Virus record (IMG/VR): IMGVR_UViG_3300033067_000224 | Coordinates: 1-52,481 of that record | DNA from: a virus | Lineage: Duplodnaviria > Caudoviricetes | Strand: one strand, 5' to 3' | Length of the DNA: 52,481 bases | Part shown: piece after piece, positions 7,725 through 16,584 of the stretch | How the letters are laid out: every line of letters begins with the position of its first letter | Position numbering within the stretch: position 1 is the first letter of the stretch | The notes under the pieces: model-generated | The model's database searches: none | Seen by the model: only the letters and a program-made list of their open reading frames with translations | Told to the model about the DNA's origin: nothing | Translations under genes and position numbers: made by a program

Positions 7725-8153
7725 ATGTCCGAAGTTGCCGAACGACCGAAAACTAAAACCGCCATGCCCCTGACTCTTGGCCAAGCAGCCGACAAGATAT
7801 TCGACCTGCGCGAGAAGAAGCGCAAGATCGAAGCAGACCTCAAAGAGGTCGAGGCCGACATCTCACATCTGACCGAGACGATCTTCGGCTTGCTCGAAGA
7901 GCAAGACACCCGCAAGGCCGAAGGCAAGAAGGCCAGCATCTCCGTGAACTACGCGATCAACCCATCTACCAAGAATTGGGACGACACCGCGAAGTTCATC
8001 ATCAACGGCAAACGTGGCGACAAGTACGCCTTCGCCCACCTCCTCTACAAACGCATCGTGGCGCCAGCCTATCGCGAGTTGCGTAGCCTTGGGATGGTCA
8101 TCCCTGGGCAAGAAGATTTCACCAACAGGACTCTGTCCATCACCAAGCTCTGA
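7725..8153 (+). CDS. Phage protein of the replication module (N-terminal coiled coil)
   Basis: 142 aa with GAGGA RBS, between pol and the SSB-like gene; contains a motif copy at 7861-7878 (TCTCACATCTGACCGAGA). Confidence 0.8.
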   Translation: MSEVAERPKTKTAMPLTLGQAADKIFDLREKKRKIEADLKEVEADISHLTETIFGLLEEQDTRKAEGKKASISVNYAINPSTKNWDDTAKFIINGKRGDKYAFAHLLYKRIVAPAYRELRSLGMVIPGQEDFTNRTLSITKL

Positions 8154-8158
8154 ACACC

Positions 8159-8932
8159 ATGGCAACTAAGAAAATCTCCACCGCCGTCGCTACCGTTAAG
8201 CCGACGAACACCAGCGTTGTCTCCATCCAGGAGCAACTGAAGAACATGCTCGCTGCCCAGATGGGCAAGACCCAGAGCAGCGCTAAGAAAGTCAAGTACG
8301 ACACTTCGACCTTCACGCTCCCCTCTGGCGCCATGTTCCAAGCGCCCATGAAGGTCGTGATCCTCGACTTCAACACCCACCACACGTTTTACGAGGGTGA
8401 GTTCAAGAAGGGCGAGATCACCCCCGTCATCTGCGCAGCGCTCGGGGATGTACCCACTGAGATGGTGCCTTACAGCTCCATCGAATCGCCCCAGTGCGGG
8501 GACTGCAGCAGCTGCTGGGCGAATGAGTTCGGCAGCAAAGGCGCAGGCAAGGCGTGCAAACAAGTGCGTCAGATCGCCTTCCTCGCTGAAGACGCAGATG
8601 GCAACATCGACCCGAACGGTCCGATCAACGTGATGCAGACCAACGTGACTGCGAACAAGGTGTTCGACGCCTATGTCAAGTCCGTCGGGTCGATCTACCA
8701 GGCGCCGTTGATTGGCGTCGTTACCACCCTCGGGATCAGCAACACTGAAAAGTGGCCGTCGGTCACTTACGCCTTCAACGGTCTGAACGACGACCTCGAA
8801 GCGTGCTTCAGCCGTCTGGCTGAGGCGCGTGCCATGTTGACTGAGCAAGTGCAGATCTCCGCGCCAGCTCCTGCAGTACCCGCCAAGGCAGTAACCCGTG
8901 GCAAGCCCGTTGCCGCAGGCGCTCGCCGCTGA
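8159..8932 (+). CDS. Putative ssDNA-binding/recombination protein with a Cys cluster
   Basis: P.IC...QCGDCSSCWANEFGS.G.GKACK pattern recalled from phage SSB-like proteins next to PolA; function inferred. Confidence 0.6.
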   Translation: MATKKISTAVATVKPTNTSVVSIQEQLKNMLAAQMGKTQSSAKKVKYDTSTFTLPSGAMFQAPMKVVILDFNTHHTFYEGEFKKGEITPVICAALGDVPTEMVPYSSIESPQCGDCSSCWANEFGSKGAGKACKQVRQIAFLAEDADGNIDPNGPINVMQTNVTANKVFDAYVKSVGSIYQAPLIGVVTTLGISNTEKWPSVTYAFNGLNDDLEACFSRLAEARAMLTEQVQISAPAPAVPAKAVTRGKPVAAGARR

Positions 8933-8933
8933 A

Positions 8934-8951
8934 TCTAACATCTAAAATAGA
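8934..8951 (+). promoter_or_regulatory. 18-bp motif copy (TCTAACATCTAAAATAGA)
   Basis: Intergenic, immediately after a stop; followed by hairpin CCGGCAG-ACAA-CTGCCGG (8976-8993). Confidence 0.7.
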
Positions 8952-9025
8952 TGATTGTTTGATATCTAAAATTCCCCGGCAGACAACTGCCGGATTCCAC
9001 ACCAGCCTAACTTTTAAGGAACATT

Positions 9026-9514
9026 ATGGCTACCACTAAAAAACTGAAAATCAAGTCGATGACTGCTGCAGAGAAGAAGGTCGCGCTTGCCGACCTGAAG
9101 ACTGCGGCTAAGGCCCAGGAGGCTGCGGTCAAGGAGAGCGAGGCCGGAGTCAAGAAGGCCCAGAAAGAGCTCGACGTCCAGAGCAAAGAGATCAAGGCTG
9201 CGATGGCAGCGGTAACAGCGAAGAAGAACAAGGCCAAGACCGAAGCCGACGCCATCGTGGCCGCCGCCGCGAAGGTCGAGGCTGCCGAGCTCAAGGCGCT
9301 GGAAAAGAAAGCCACAGCACTGTCGAACGCTTTTGACTCTCTGGCAGCTAAGGCTGTCAAGGCTAAAGATGCAGCCCAAGCCGGTGTGGCGAAGATCGCT
9401 ACCCGTATCGCTGAGATCGAAGCGCTGCCACTGACGGTAGTAGAGAAGGCAAAGCCTGCGGCGAAGAAGGTCACCAAGGTCGCTGCCCCTGAGCCCGAAG
9501 CAGCTGAGGCGTAA
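9026..9514 (+). CDS. Ala/Lys-rich coiled-coil, histone H1-like protein
   Basis: Dominated by A, K and E; AKPAAKK tail; TAAGGA RBS. Confidence 0.75.
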   Translation: MATTKKLKIKSMTAAEKKVALADLKTAAKAQEAAVKESEAGVKKAQKELDVQSKEIKAAMAAVTAKKNKAKTEADAIVAAAAKVEAAELKALEKKATALSNAFDSLAAKAVKAKDAAQAGVAKIATRIAEIEALPLTVVEKAKPAAKKVTKVAAPEPEAAEA

Positions 9515-10060
9515 ATGAAGCACGTAATGCTGGACGTAGAGACGCTCGGAACGTCCGCAGACGCTTGCATCATCTCGATAGGAGCCGTCAAGTTCGACTT
9601 AGGGTCGACGGCCCTTGACGACGCTGGCTTTTATGCCAGCATCTCGATCGAGAGTAACTTGGAAGCCAAGCGGCGGGTCCAGGAATCGACGCTGCTGTGG
9701 TGGTTCAACCAGAGCATCGCCGCCCAGGCGGTGTTCCACGAACCGAAACAGACGCTGCACGGTGCGCTGGTGGACTTAGCAGAGTGGCTGGGCGAGGGCG
9801 AATCGTTCATGTGGAGCAACGGAGCAGACTTCGATCTGCCGATGGTGGCCCATGCGTATACCTCCCTCGGGATGGACGTGCCCTGGGCGTTCTGGCGCAG
9901 CCGGTGCCTCCGCACGTACAAGAACCTGCCGGGGGCTGCGGGTGCTGGGCCATCGTTCACAGGGACTGCCCACAACGCCCTGGCTGATGCTGTGCACCAG
10001 GCACGAACGGTTCAGGCCATCCACGCCAAGGTGTTCAAGAAAGTGAAGACGACAGCATGA
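9515..10060 (+). CDS. DEDDh 3'-5' exonuclease (RNase AS / ExoVIII-like)
   Basis: HVMLDVETLG, WSNGADFD, PW.FW...C.RT, HNALADA. Confidence 0.9.
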   Translation: MKHVMLDVETLGTSADACIISIGAVKFDLGSTALDDAGFYASISIESNLEAKRRVQESTLLWWFNQSIAAQAVFHEPKQTLHGALVDLAEWLGEGESFMWSNGADFDLPMVAHAYTSLGMDVPWAFWRSRCLRTYKNLPGAAGAGPSFTGTAHNALADAVHQARTVQAIHAKVFKKVKTTA

Positions 10061-10194
10061 GCGATGAAGACCTATTCATCGTACTGACCATCGCAGCTGT
10101 CTGCGGTGGACACGCCTACCACGCCACGGAAGTGGCGCGGGTTGTGCTGGGGAAGATCAAGAACGAACTGAAAGAGATGAAAAATGTGCAATGA
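10057..10194 (+). CDS. Small hypothetical protein (45 aa; absent from the ORF track)
   Basis: MSDEDLFIVLTIAAVCGGHAYHATEVARVVLGKIKNELKEMKNVQ; ATGA-coupled and fills the gap. Confidence 0.55.
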   Translation: MSDEDLFIVLTIAAVCGGHAYHATEVARVVLGKIKNELKEMKNVQ

Positions 10195-10549
10195 AGTAGA
10201 TGACTTGTTGGCAGAACGTGATGAACGGTATGGGGAGTTCGACGAGCTGGCAGATATCAGTCAGAACCTGAAGGTGATTATCGGTAGCAGTGGAAACTGG
10301 AATGAACTGGCCGCCGACCAGCAGGAATCCCTGGAAATGATCGCACACAAAATCGCCAGGATCCTCAACGGTGACCCGAACTATATCGACTCGTGGGTCG
10401 ACATCGCCGGGTATGCCCAGCTCGTTGTTCAGCGGCTTAAGCGTGACACTGAAGAGGCTGAGACGGAGGCAAAGCCCGTCAGCCTGAAGAAGATCAAGAA
10501 GGCATTCAAGATCTTGCGCCAGGCAGGCATTCTGAACCAAACTGCCTGA
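10184..10549 (+). CDS. DUF6378-like helical protein
   Basis: LLAER..RYG.F ... HKIARILNGDP.Y.DSWVDIAGYAQL signature. Confidence 0.75.
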   Translation: MCNEVDDLLAERDERYGEFDELADISQNLKVIIGSSGNWNELAADQQESLEMIAHKIARILNGDPNYIDSWVDIAGYAQLVVQRLKRDTEEAETEAKPVSLKKIKKAFKILRQAGILNQTA

Positions 10550-10956
10550 TGGCCCGTCAACCAGAGAACACTTTCATCGCGTCGATCCACCGACTCCTGC
10601 CGGGGGAGGTGTACCGGCAGAAAAACCACAACCCGTACAACTCGGGTATCCCGGATTGTTGGTACAGTGGCGCTGAAGGTGATCTGTGGGTGGAGTACAA
10701 GTACATCGAGCTCCCCAAGCGCGACGACACTGTCATACCTATCAATCTGTCCGAGCTCCAAAAGAACTGGATCAGATGTAGGGAGGCGGAGGGGCGGCGT
10801 CTCGGGGTGATCGTCGGGTGTAAAGAAGGCGGTGTCTGGTTCCCAGGTGAGTCGTGGAGCCTACCGGTCACGAAAGCTACATTCTGTGGTCAGCTTTCTA
10901 ATCGCCAGGCCCTGGCTCAAATCATCTACGAGCGAACTATGCTGAAAGCTATGTAA
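10549..10956 (+). CDS. VRR-NUC / Holliday-junction-resolvase-like PD-(D/E)XK nuclease
   Basis: PE..F, GIPD.W, WVEYK, LS.LQ..W motifs. Confidence 0.8.
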   Translation: MARQPENTFIASIHRLLPGEVYRQKNHNPYNSGIPDCWYSGAEGDLWVEYKYIELPKRDDTVIPINLSELQKNWIRCREAEGRRLGVIVGCKEGGVWFPGESWSLPVTKATFCGQLSNRQALAQIIYERTMLKAM

Positions 10957-11003
10957 CATGCACCTTTTGCGCGACTGCGAGGGTTGCGCACTGGAGTATT
11001 AAC

Positions 11004-11387
11004 ATGAAACACGATGAATCCGGGCTCTTCGACGCCCTCGAGAAGGCCCTGAAGGCCGCCACTGAACCGCTCGACGCCGGGAGGTTGTTCGACATGGCCG
11101 AGATCAAGGAGTGCGCGTCCACGCTGCGACGGGTATCGGACTACCTAGGCAACATGTGGAGGAAGAACCTTTTGGTCCGCACGCCGGCGCCGAAGGACAT
11201 CGAGAGCAAGTGCCTGTGGATGTATGAATGGAAGGGGAGCCGAGATCCAAAGGTCTACGACAACGCGCTGCTCTACACACCCAGGGTGCTCGTCGATAAG
11301 CCGACGGTCTATGTGACCGAAGAGGGCACGACGATCACTTTGGAATTTCCGTCACTGACGATAGTCGTGAAACAGAAAACGAAATAA
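11004..11387 (+). CDS. Hypothetical protein (possible winged HTH)
   Basis: 127 aa; GGAG RBS; RRVSDYLGNMWRKNLLVR resembles a wHTH recognition helix plus wing. Confidence 0.7.
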   Translation: MKHDESGLFDALEKALKAATEPLDAGRLFDMAEIKECASTLRRVSDYLGNMWRKNLLVRTPAPKDIESKCLWMYEWKGSRDPKVYDNALLYTPRVLVDKPTVYVTEEGTTITLEFPSLTIVVKQKTK

Positions 11388-11391
11388 CCGC

Positions 11392-11419
11392 AGAGCCCGC
11401 TTCGTCGGGCTTTGTTTTG
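11392..11419 (+). terminator. Intrinsic terminator
   Basis: AGAGCCCG-CTTCGT-CGGGCTTT followed by GTTTT. Confidence 0.6.
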
Positions 11420-11427
11420 ACTGAGTA

Positions 11428-11445
11428 TCTAACATCTGATGAAGA
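11428..11445 (+). promoter_or_regulatory. 18-bp motif copy (TCTAACATCTGATGAAGA) overlapping the ligase start codon
   Basis: 17/18 identical to the reverse complement of 23455-23472. Confidence 0.7.
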
Positions 11446-12323
11446 CAAATCAATTTCGCCCGATGCTCGCATGTAACGCCGAGCTCGACAAACTGAAGTA
11501 CCCGCTGATGGCCTCGCCCAAGCTCGACGGAGTGAGGTGTTGCATTGTGGACGGTAAAGCGCTGAGTAGGACGCTCAAACCCATCCAAAATTCCTATATA
11601 AATCAACGTCTTAGCCGATCTGCACTCGACGGATTAGATGGGGAGCTCATCGTCGGGCATCCGGCGAGCAAGTCTTGCTACCGAGACACAGTATCCGGCG
11701 TGATGAGCGTTGATGGACTTCCTGACTTCACGTTCTACGTCTTCGATATCCACGACCACGATCGTGGTTTCCAGGAACGGTATGCAGAACTCGGACGTCG
11801 TATCAAGGATGAGTTCTGTGTCCGTCGCCTCCCGCACGCCATCGTGCACGACGAGGCGGAGCTGCTGACCTACGAAGCACAACAGATCACCGAAGGATAC
11901 GAGGGTGTGATCCTGCGTGGCATGGACTCACCCTACAAGTTCGGCAGGTCCACCGTGAAGGAAGGATTCATGCTTAAGGTCAAGCGTTTCGTTGACAACG
12001 ACGCGGAGATCATCGGCTTTGAAGAGGAAATGTTCAATGGAAACGAAGCCACGACAAACGAGCTCGGTCGCACCCAGCGAAGCAGCCACGCTGCGGGCAA
12101 AGTGGGCAAAGGAACATTGGGGGCGTTTCTTGTCCGCGATGCCACCACGGGAGTCGAATTTTCAGTGGGTACAGGGCTCACAGCCGAAGAGCGGGCACTG
12201 TGCTGGCGAGACCGGCACGCACTCGTTGGTGAACTGATTAAGTACAAGTCGTTCGAGGTGGGGGTCAAGGATCGACCCAGACACCCCGTTTTTCTGGGGT
12301 TTAGAGACAGGAGTGACACGTGA
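11439..12323 (+). CDS. ATP-dependent DNA ligase
   Basis: PMLA, SPKLDGVRC (motif I), LDGEL, FYVFD, YEGVIL, YKFGRST, LKVK, and OB-fold VGTG...PRHPVF.GFR. Confidence 0.95.
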   Translation: MKTNQFRPMLACNAELDKLKYPLMASPKLDGVRCCIVDGKALSRTLKPIQNSYINQRLSRSALDGLDGELIVGHPASKSCYRDTVSGVMSVDGLPDFTFYVFDIHDHDRGFQERYAELGRRIKDEFCVRRLPHAIVHDEAELLTYEAQQITEGYEGVILRGMDSPYKFGRSTVKEGFMLKVKRFVDNDAEIIGFEEEMFNGNEATTNELGRTQRSSHAAGKVGKGTLGAFLVRDATTGVEFSVGTGLTAEERALCWRDRHALVGELIKYKSFEVGVKDRPRHPVFLGFRDRSDT

Positions 12324-12997
12324 TTAAGGTGCTCAACCACGGACACGTCCGTCTCGTGGAATCCATGGGGTCCGACCTCTCTATCGTACGCAATGCTAGA
12401 GTCAGCTATGACGCAGAGTGGCGCACCGGCGAGGATGCAGGCAAGGACGAGAAGCTCATCGACTATCTGGTGAAGAACCGACACACATCTCCGCTGGAGT
12501 GCGTGCAATTCACCTTCGATGTGAAGGCACCGATCTTTGTGTTCAGACAGTGGTTCCGGCACAGGACCATCAGCGTGAACGAAATATCGGCGAGGTACTC
12601 AGAACTGCCCGAGGAGTATTACATCCCCGAGGTGAGCCAGATCACGACCCAGGCCAAGGACAACAAGCAGATGCGGACGTATGACATTCATCCGGAAGCC
12701 GAAAGGTTTCAAGACGTCATCTCCAGTGCATGTGCAGATGCCTTCGGCTGGTATCGGCTGATGATCAAGCACGGCGTCCCGCGTGAACTCGCCAGGGGCG
12801 TGTTGCCGGTGAACACGTTCAGCCATGCGTTCATCACGACCGACCTCCATAACCTGTCGCACTTCCTGAAGCTGCGGCTGCACGAGCACAGCCAGTACGA
12901 GATCAGGGTTTACGCCCAGGCCATGCTCGAGCTGATCGAGCCTATCGTTCCAGTAACGGTGGCTGCGTTGAAGAAGTACACCCTAAACGAACTCTGA
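12320..12997 (+). CDS. thyX: FAD-dependent thymidylate synthase
   Basis: ARVSY, HTSPLE, RQWFRHRTISVNEISARY (RHRx7S motif), ELARGVLP, LR...HSQYEIR. Confidence 0.95.
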   Translation: MIKVLNHGHVRLVESMGSDLSIVRNARVSYDAEWRTGEDAGKDEKLIDYLVKNRHTSPLECVQFTFDVKAPIFVFRQWFRHRTISVNEISARYSELPEEYYIPEVSQITTQAKDNKQMRTYDIHPEAERFQDVISSACADAFGWYRLMIKHGVPRELARGVLPVNTFSHAFITTDLHNLSHFLKLRLHEHSQYEIRVYAQAMLELIEPIVPVTVAALKKYTLNEL

Positions 12998-13052
12998 ACT
13001 TACCTTAAATCCACCCTGAATTTGCCTTGAATCCAAGGTAAGTTCACCCCAA

Positions 13053-13083
13053 GAAGCCCGCCTCGTGCGGGCTTCGTCGTTTC
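13053..13083 (+). terminator. Hairpin / probable intrinsic terminator
   Basis: GAAGCCCGC-CTCGT-GCGGGCTTC followed by GTCGTTT. Confidence 0.55.
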
Positions 13084-13098
13084 TAAAGGAGAAATGTC

Positions 13099-13323
13099 AT
13101 GTCTTTCAAACCAGAAGTCCGCACCGGCACAGACCCAAAGTTCTATGGCAACGCTCTGGCGTTCGCCACCGAGGCTGAGGCCCTGGCCAACGCCAAGGAC
13201 TTGTACCACCGCTGGACGCTCTGCGTTGATTACCGGGCCGTCGAGAGTGACGAGCCGGTCAACTATACGTACCACGATGGTGTGCTCGAGCCGGTGGGTG
13301 CGAAACAGCAGGAGCCTGCTTGA
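13099..13323 (+). CDS. Hypothetical protein
   Basis: 74 aa with a strong AAGGAG RBS. Confidence 0.75.
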   Translation: MSFKPEVRTGTDPKFYGNALAFATEAEALANAKDLYHRWTLCVDYRAVESDEPVNYTYHDGVLEPVGAKQQEPA

Positions 13324-14069
13324 TGCACACCTACCACATGACCCGGATCAGCACGAACATGAAAACCGGACCGATCCCCGTCACGACGTCCAGCAGATCG
13401 ACGTGCCCGACCACTTGCCCGCTCAAGGAGAACGGCTGCTACCCGGAGTACGGGCCGCTGAAGCTGCACTGGGACAAGGTCTCTGAGGGCCGGCGAGGCG
13501 GCACCCTGGAAGAGCTCTGTATCCAGATCAGGAGCCTACCCAAACACCAGCTGTGGCGCTACGGCCAGGCCGGGGATCTGCCGGGGGATGGCACCCTGAT
13601 CGATTTCGAGGGGCTCCTGCAGCTCGTGGCCGCAAACAAAGGCCGCAAGGGCTTCGGGTACACCCACTACGACCCGACGATCCCAGAGAACGCCGGGGCC
13701 ATAGCCGGAGCCACAGCCGAGGGGTTCACCATCAACCTCTCAGCCAACAGCCTGGAGCACGCGGACCAGCTGGTTGATCTGGGCGTGGGTCCAGTCGTGG
13801 TCATCCTCCCGGCTGACGCCACAGCGTCGACGTGCACCCCAAAGGGGCGCATGGTGGCGATCTGCCCAGCATCAGCCGGGGCGAACATCACTTGTGCCAC
13901 TTGTGCCATCTGTGCCCACCCGACGCGCAAGGCCATCATCGGATTCCCGGCGCATGGGTCGGGGGCAAAGAAAGCGCAGGCCATTTTCTTCACTAGGAAG
14001 CTAGAATCCTCGCCCCCTAGCAAACTACCAAACGAAGGAACCTATGAAAGTAGTCGTATTAAGACTTAA
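13323..14069 (+). CDS. Cys-rich phage protein (Gp88-like, possible Fe-S / radical-SAM-like fold)
   Basis: SxNxKTG, TCPTTCPLKENGCY, R...AGD, GYTH, FTINLSAN, ICPA...TCATC.IC, IIGFPAHG. Confidence 0.6.
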   Translation: MHTYHMTRISTNMKTGPIPVTTSSRSTCPTTCPLKENGCYPEYGPLKLHWDKVSEGRRGGTLEELCIQIRSLPKHQLWRYGQAGDLPGDGTLIDFEGLLQLVAANKGRKGFGYTHYDPTIPENAGAIAGATAEGFTINLSANSLEHADQLVDLGVGPVVVILPADATASTCTPKGRMVAICPASAGANITCATCAICAHPTRKAIIGFPAHGSGAKKAQAIFFTRKLESSPPSKLPNEGTYESSRIKT

Positions 14070-14170
14070 TGCATTAAGAGGGAAAACCCTGTGGATGGCC
14101 CAGTGCGTAGCGGCTGAGCAGAGGGCCTTGGAACAGCCGAATACTGTGGGCTCTGCGGGCCAACGCGGTC

Positions 14171-14470
14171 GTGTTCAAGGCCACCGGGACTGATGTGCTG
14201 GCCGTGCTCGGCCATACCCAGCCTGAGACTGCGAAGGTGAACACCTCGGGCTACTACAACCCCTCAGACCTCATACCGGGAGTGAACGGAACGAAGATGA
14301 ACAAGATTCTTGAGGACGCCGGTCTACAGTCTAAGATAGACGGGCGTTGGATATCTACTAAGATCGGCCTCAAGTACAGCCGAATCTGTGGCGCCGGGTT
14401 GTTCGACTACCGGCTCCAGTGGACAAGAGACGTACTTAACCAAGTCGCCCTCGCGGGCATCAAATACTAA
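14171..14470 (+). pseudogene. Antirepressor C-terminal (KilA-C-like) fragment, possibly frameshifted from the ORF starting at 14044
   Basis: (ALRANAV)VFKATGTDVL...YYNPSDL...KMNKILEDAGLQ.KIDGRW..T..G..Y...LQW; no good start codon in this frame, while an RBS-bearing ORF at 14044-14193 runs into it out of frame. Confidence 0.45.
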
Positions 14471-14482
14471 GGACCAAATACC

Positions 14483-15463
14483 ATGGCACACGAACTCACT
14501 CTCGTAAACGGACAGTATGGCTACGCACAAGTGGCTGGATCAGAAAAGCCCTGGCACGGGCTTGGACAAGAGGTCGACCCGAACGCCGATGCACAGACAT
14601 GGCGCAAGGCCGCTGGGCTGGACTGGGAGGCACTGCGGTCGCCTGTGCTCTACGGTGACACGCAGGCTCAGATGAACCGCATATTCAGCGACCGCCAAGT
14701 CCTGTACCGCAGCGACACAGGCCACCCGCTGTCCATCGTCTCCTCCGACTACAACATCGTCCAGCCCGAGGCTGTCGTGGGCTTCTTCAGCGATCTGGCC
14801 AAGACCGGAGGCTTCAGCATCGAGACGGTCGGCTCCCTGAAGCAGGGACGAAAGATCTGGGCGCTGGGCCGGGTCGGCGAGAACGTCAAGATCCTCGACG
14901 ATGAAGTGGCACCCTACCTGCTCCTGGCCACAAGCTACGACGGCACCATGGCGACCACGGCGAAGTTCACGACCGTGCGCGTGGTGTGCAACAACACGCT
15001 GCAGGCCAGCCTGAAGAACTCAGCAGGCAAGACCCAGGTGTCGATCCCGCACTCAGTGTCGTTCGACCCCGCCAGGGTGAAGGCTGACCTGGGCATCGCC
15101 ACGGACTCGTGGGGCTTGTTTAAGCTCAAGGCTGAGCGCATGGCCAGCCACAAGATCAGCGACTTCGCAGCAGACGCCTGGGTGCAGGAGCTGCTCGAGC
15201 CAGCCACACAGCACATGACCGACGATCAGGTGCGCAAGACTCGAGGCTACCAGCGCATCATGGACCTGTTCCACGGTGGTCAGATCGGCGCAGGCCAGGA
15301 CGCCATCGATGGCACAGTGTGGGGGCTGCTGCAGGCGACCACGCAGTACGTCGACCACGAGAAGGGGCGTACACCCGATGGCCGCATCGACGCTGCCTGG
15401 TTCGGTCCTGGGGCGAAGTTCAAAGAGCGTGCGTTCGAGCTGGCTGCGCTGGTGGCAGCATAG
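14483..15463 (+). CDS. DUF932 / TIGR03299-family phage-plasmid protein
   Basis: MAHEL, PWHGLG, AGLDW, YNIVQP, ETVGSL..GRKIW, YLLLATSYDG, RVVCNNTL, GT.WG...A.T.Y.DH. Confidence 0.9.
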   Translation: MAHELTLVNGQYGYAQVAGSEKPWHGLGQEVDPNADAQTWRKAAGLDWEALRSPVLYGDTQAQMNRIFSDRQVLYRSDTGHPLSIVSSDYNIVQPEAVVGFFSDLAKTGGFSIETVGSLKQGRKIWALGRVGENVKILDDEVAPYLLLATSYDGTMATTAKFTTVRVVCNNTLQASLKNSAGKTQVSIPHSVSFDPARVKADLGIATDSWGLFKLKAERMASHKISDFAADAWVQELLEPATQHMTDDQVRKTRGYQRIMDLFHGGQIGAGQDAIDGTVWGLLQATTQYVDHEKGRTPDGRIDAAWFGPGAKFKERAFELAALVAA

Positions 15464-15472
15464 GAGACCAGA

Positions 15473-15748
15473 ATGGCCACATACAACATAGCCGCCACGT
15501 ACTACGCGGGCGCGAGCGCGAATATCGAACTGCCTGAAGGCAAGACTTGGGCCGATGTGAAGCACTGGTACATCAAGTGGGACACCCTCTTTATCCAGTG
15601 GGAGAACAGCAGGGAGTACCAGGGGTTCGACCTGAACTCTGACACTGAGGACGTTGTCGACTGGAAACGCCCCACGTCAGCTTCCATCTACGAAGTCAAC
15701 GAAGAGACTGGTGAGACCGACTACGACAAAGAAGTGGCCTCCTGCTAA
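15473..15748 (+). CDS. Hypothetical acidic protein
   Basis: 91 aa with AGGAG RBS. Confidence 0.75.
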   Translation: MATYNIAATYYAGASANIELPEGKTWADVKHWYIKWDTLFIQWENSREYQGFDLNSDTEDVVDWKRPTSASIYEVNEETGETDYDKEVASC

Positions 15749-15795
15749 TTCCAACCCGCGCCTTCGGGCGCATTTTCTTTTGAGGAACTTTCCTG

Positions 15796-15996
15796 ATGCA
15801 ACTCTATCGAATCAACTACACGAACAAACCGAGCACTGACCAGATGACCGAGTGGGCTGGATCACAGACCGATGCAGCCAAGGTACGTGCTAAGCTACGC
15901 AGCGGCGGGTTCACCGTGAATGACACGAAGACCGTCGACGTACCAACTTCGAAGGGGCCACTGCTCGAGTGGCTCAACACAAATGTGAAACAGTGA
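15796..15996 (+). CDS. Hypothetical protein, paralog A
   Basis: MQLYRINY...WAGSQTDAAK.RAKLR...TVDVPTSKGPLLEWLN; GAGGA RBS. Confidence 0.8.
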   Translation: MQLYRINYTNKPSTDQMTEWAGSQTDAAKVRAKLRSGGFTVNDTKTVDVPTSKGPLLEWLNTNVKQ

Positions 15997-16087
15997 TGCA
16001 GACAAACTTTCTACTCGGTGCGCTCAAGCTGACAGCGGAAGCGCACATGGCGCCTTCGGGCGCATTTTCTTTTGAGGAACTTTCCCG

Positions 16088-16288
16088 ATGCAACTCTATC
16101 GAATCAACTACGCGGACATGAACACGAACGCGATCGCCTGCGTGTGGGCCAGCTCACAAACTGATGCAGCCAAGACACGTGCTAAGCTACGCGGCGACGG
16201 GCACAAGGTCGGTGAGACTCTGACCGTCGACGTACCAACTTCGAAGGGGCCACTGCTTGAGTGGCTCAACGCAAATATGAAACAGTGA
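16088..16288 (+). CDS. Hypothetical protein, paralog B
   Basis: Same length and termini as paralog A. Confidence 0.8.
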   Translation: MQLYRINYADMNTNAIACVWASSQTDAAKTRAKLRGDGHKVGETLTVDVPTSKGPLLEWLNANMKQ

Positions 16289-16557
16289 TGCAAACAAACT
16301 TTCTACTTGGTGCACTCAGGCTGACAACTGAAGCGCACATGGCACTCAAGCGCCAACCTTACGACCTTCTCGCGCGTCACGCAGTCAACGACTACGGCCA
16401 CGTCACCGAGAAGGAACGCGAAGCGAACGATCTGAGTATGCACACCGCCGGGGCGATTAAGTCTCGGTACAAAGTCGACCCGCGTGATCCACGATCACGT
16501 AACGTCCTCATCGTCACTGCCGCTGACTGGTCAGAGACGGTGATAAAACTGGAGTGA
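16288..16557 (+). CDS. Small phage/plasmid protein (L.RH...D.G......EAN motif)
   Basis: MQTNFLLGALRLT...LLARHAVNDYGHV..KEREAND..I.SRY...LIVTAADWSETVI; TGATG coupling. Confidence 0.7.
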   Translation: MQTNFLLGALRLTTEAHMALKRQPYDLLARHAVNDYGHVTEKEREANDLSMHTAGAIKSRYKVDPRDPRSRNVLIVTAADWSETVIKLE

Positions 16558-16584
16558 AAACGACCGGCCACTGAGCCGGTTTTT
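16557..16584. terminator. Terminator at the end of the + arm (possibly bidirectional)
   Basis: AAAA-CG-ACCGGC-CACTGA-GCCGGT-TTTT. Confidence 0.65.

Larger units (their letters stand above)
15758..16343 (+). repeat. 292-bp tandem duplication (2 diverged copies)
   Basis: GCGCCTTCGGGCGCATTTTCTTTTGAGGAACTTTCC.GATGCAACTCTATCGAATCAACTAC at 15758 and 16050; the unit includes a cUUCGg hairpin, an RBS, a 66-aa gene and the first ~18 codons of the next gene. Confidence 0.95.

Noticed and set aside
10184-12997. DUF6378-like gene plus thyX as a DNA hypermodification pathway
   Set aside because: No base-modifying enzymes (PurZ, Que/Dpd, hydroxymethylase, glycosyltransferase) are visible in the window; ThyX looks canonical
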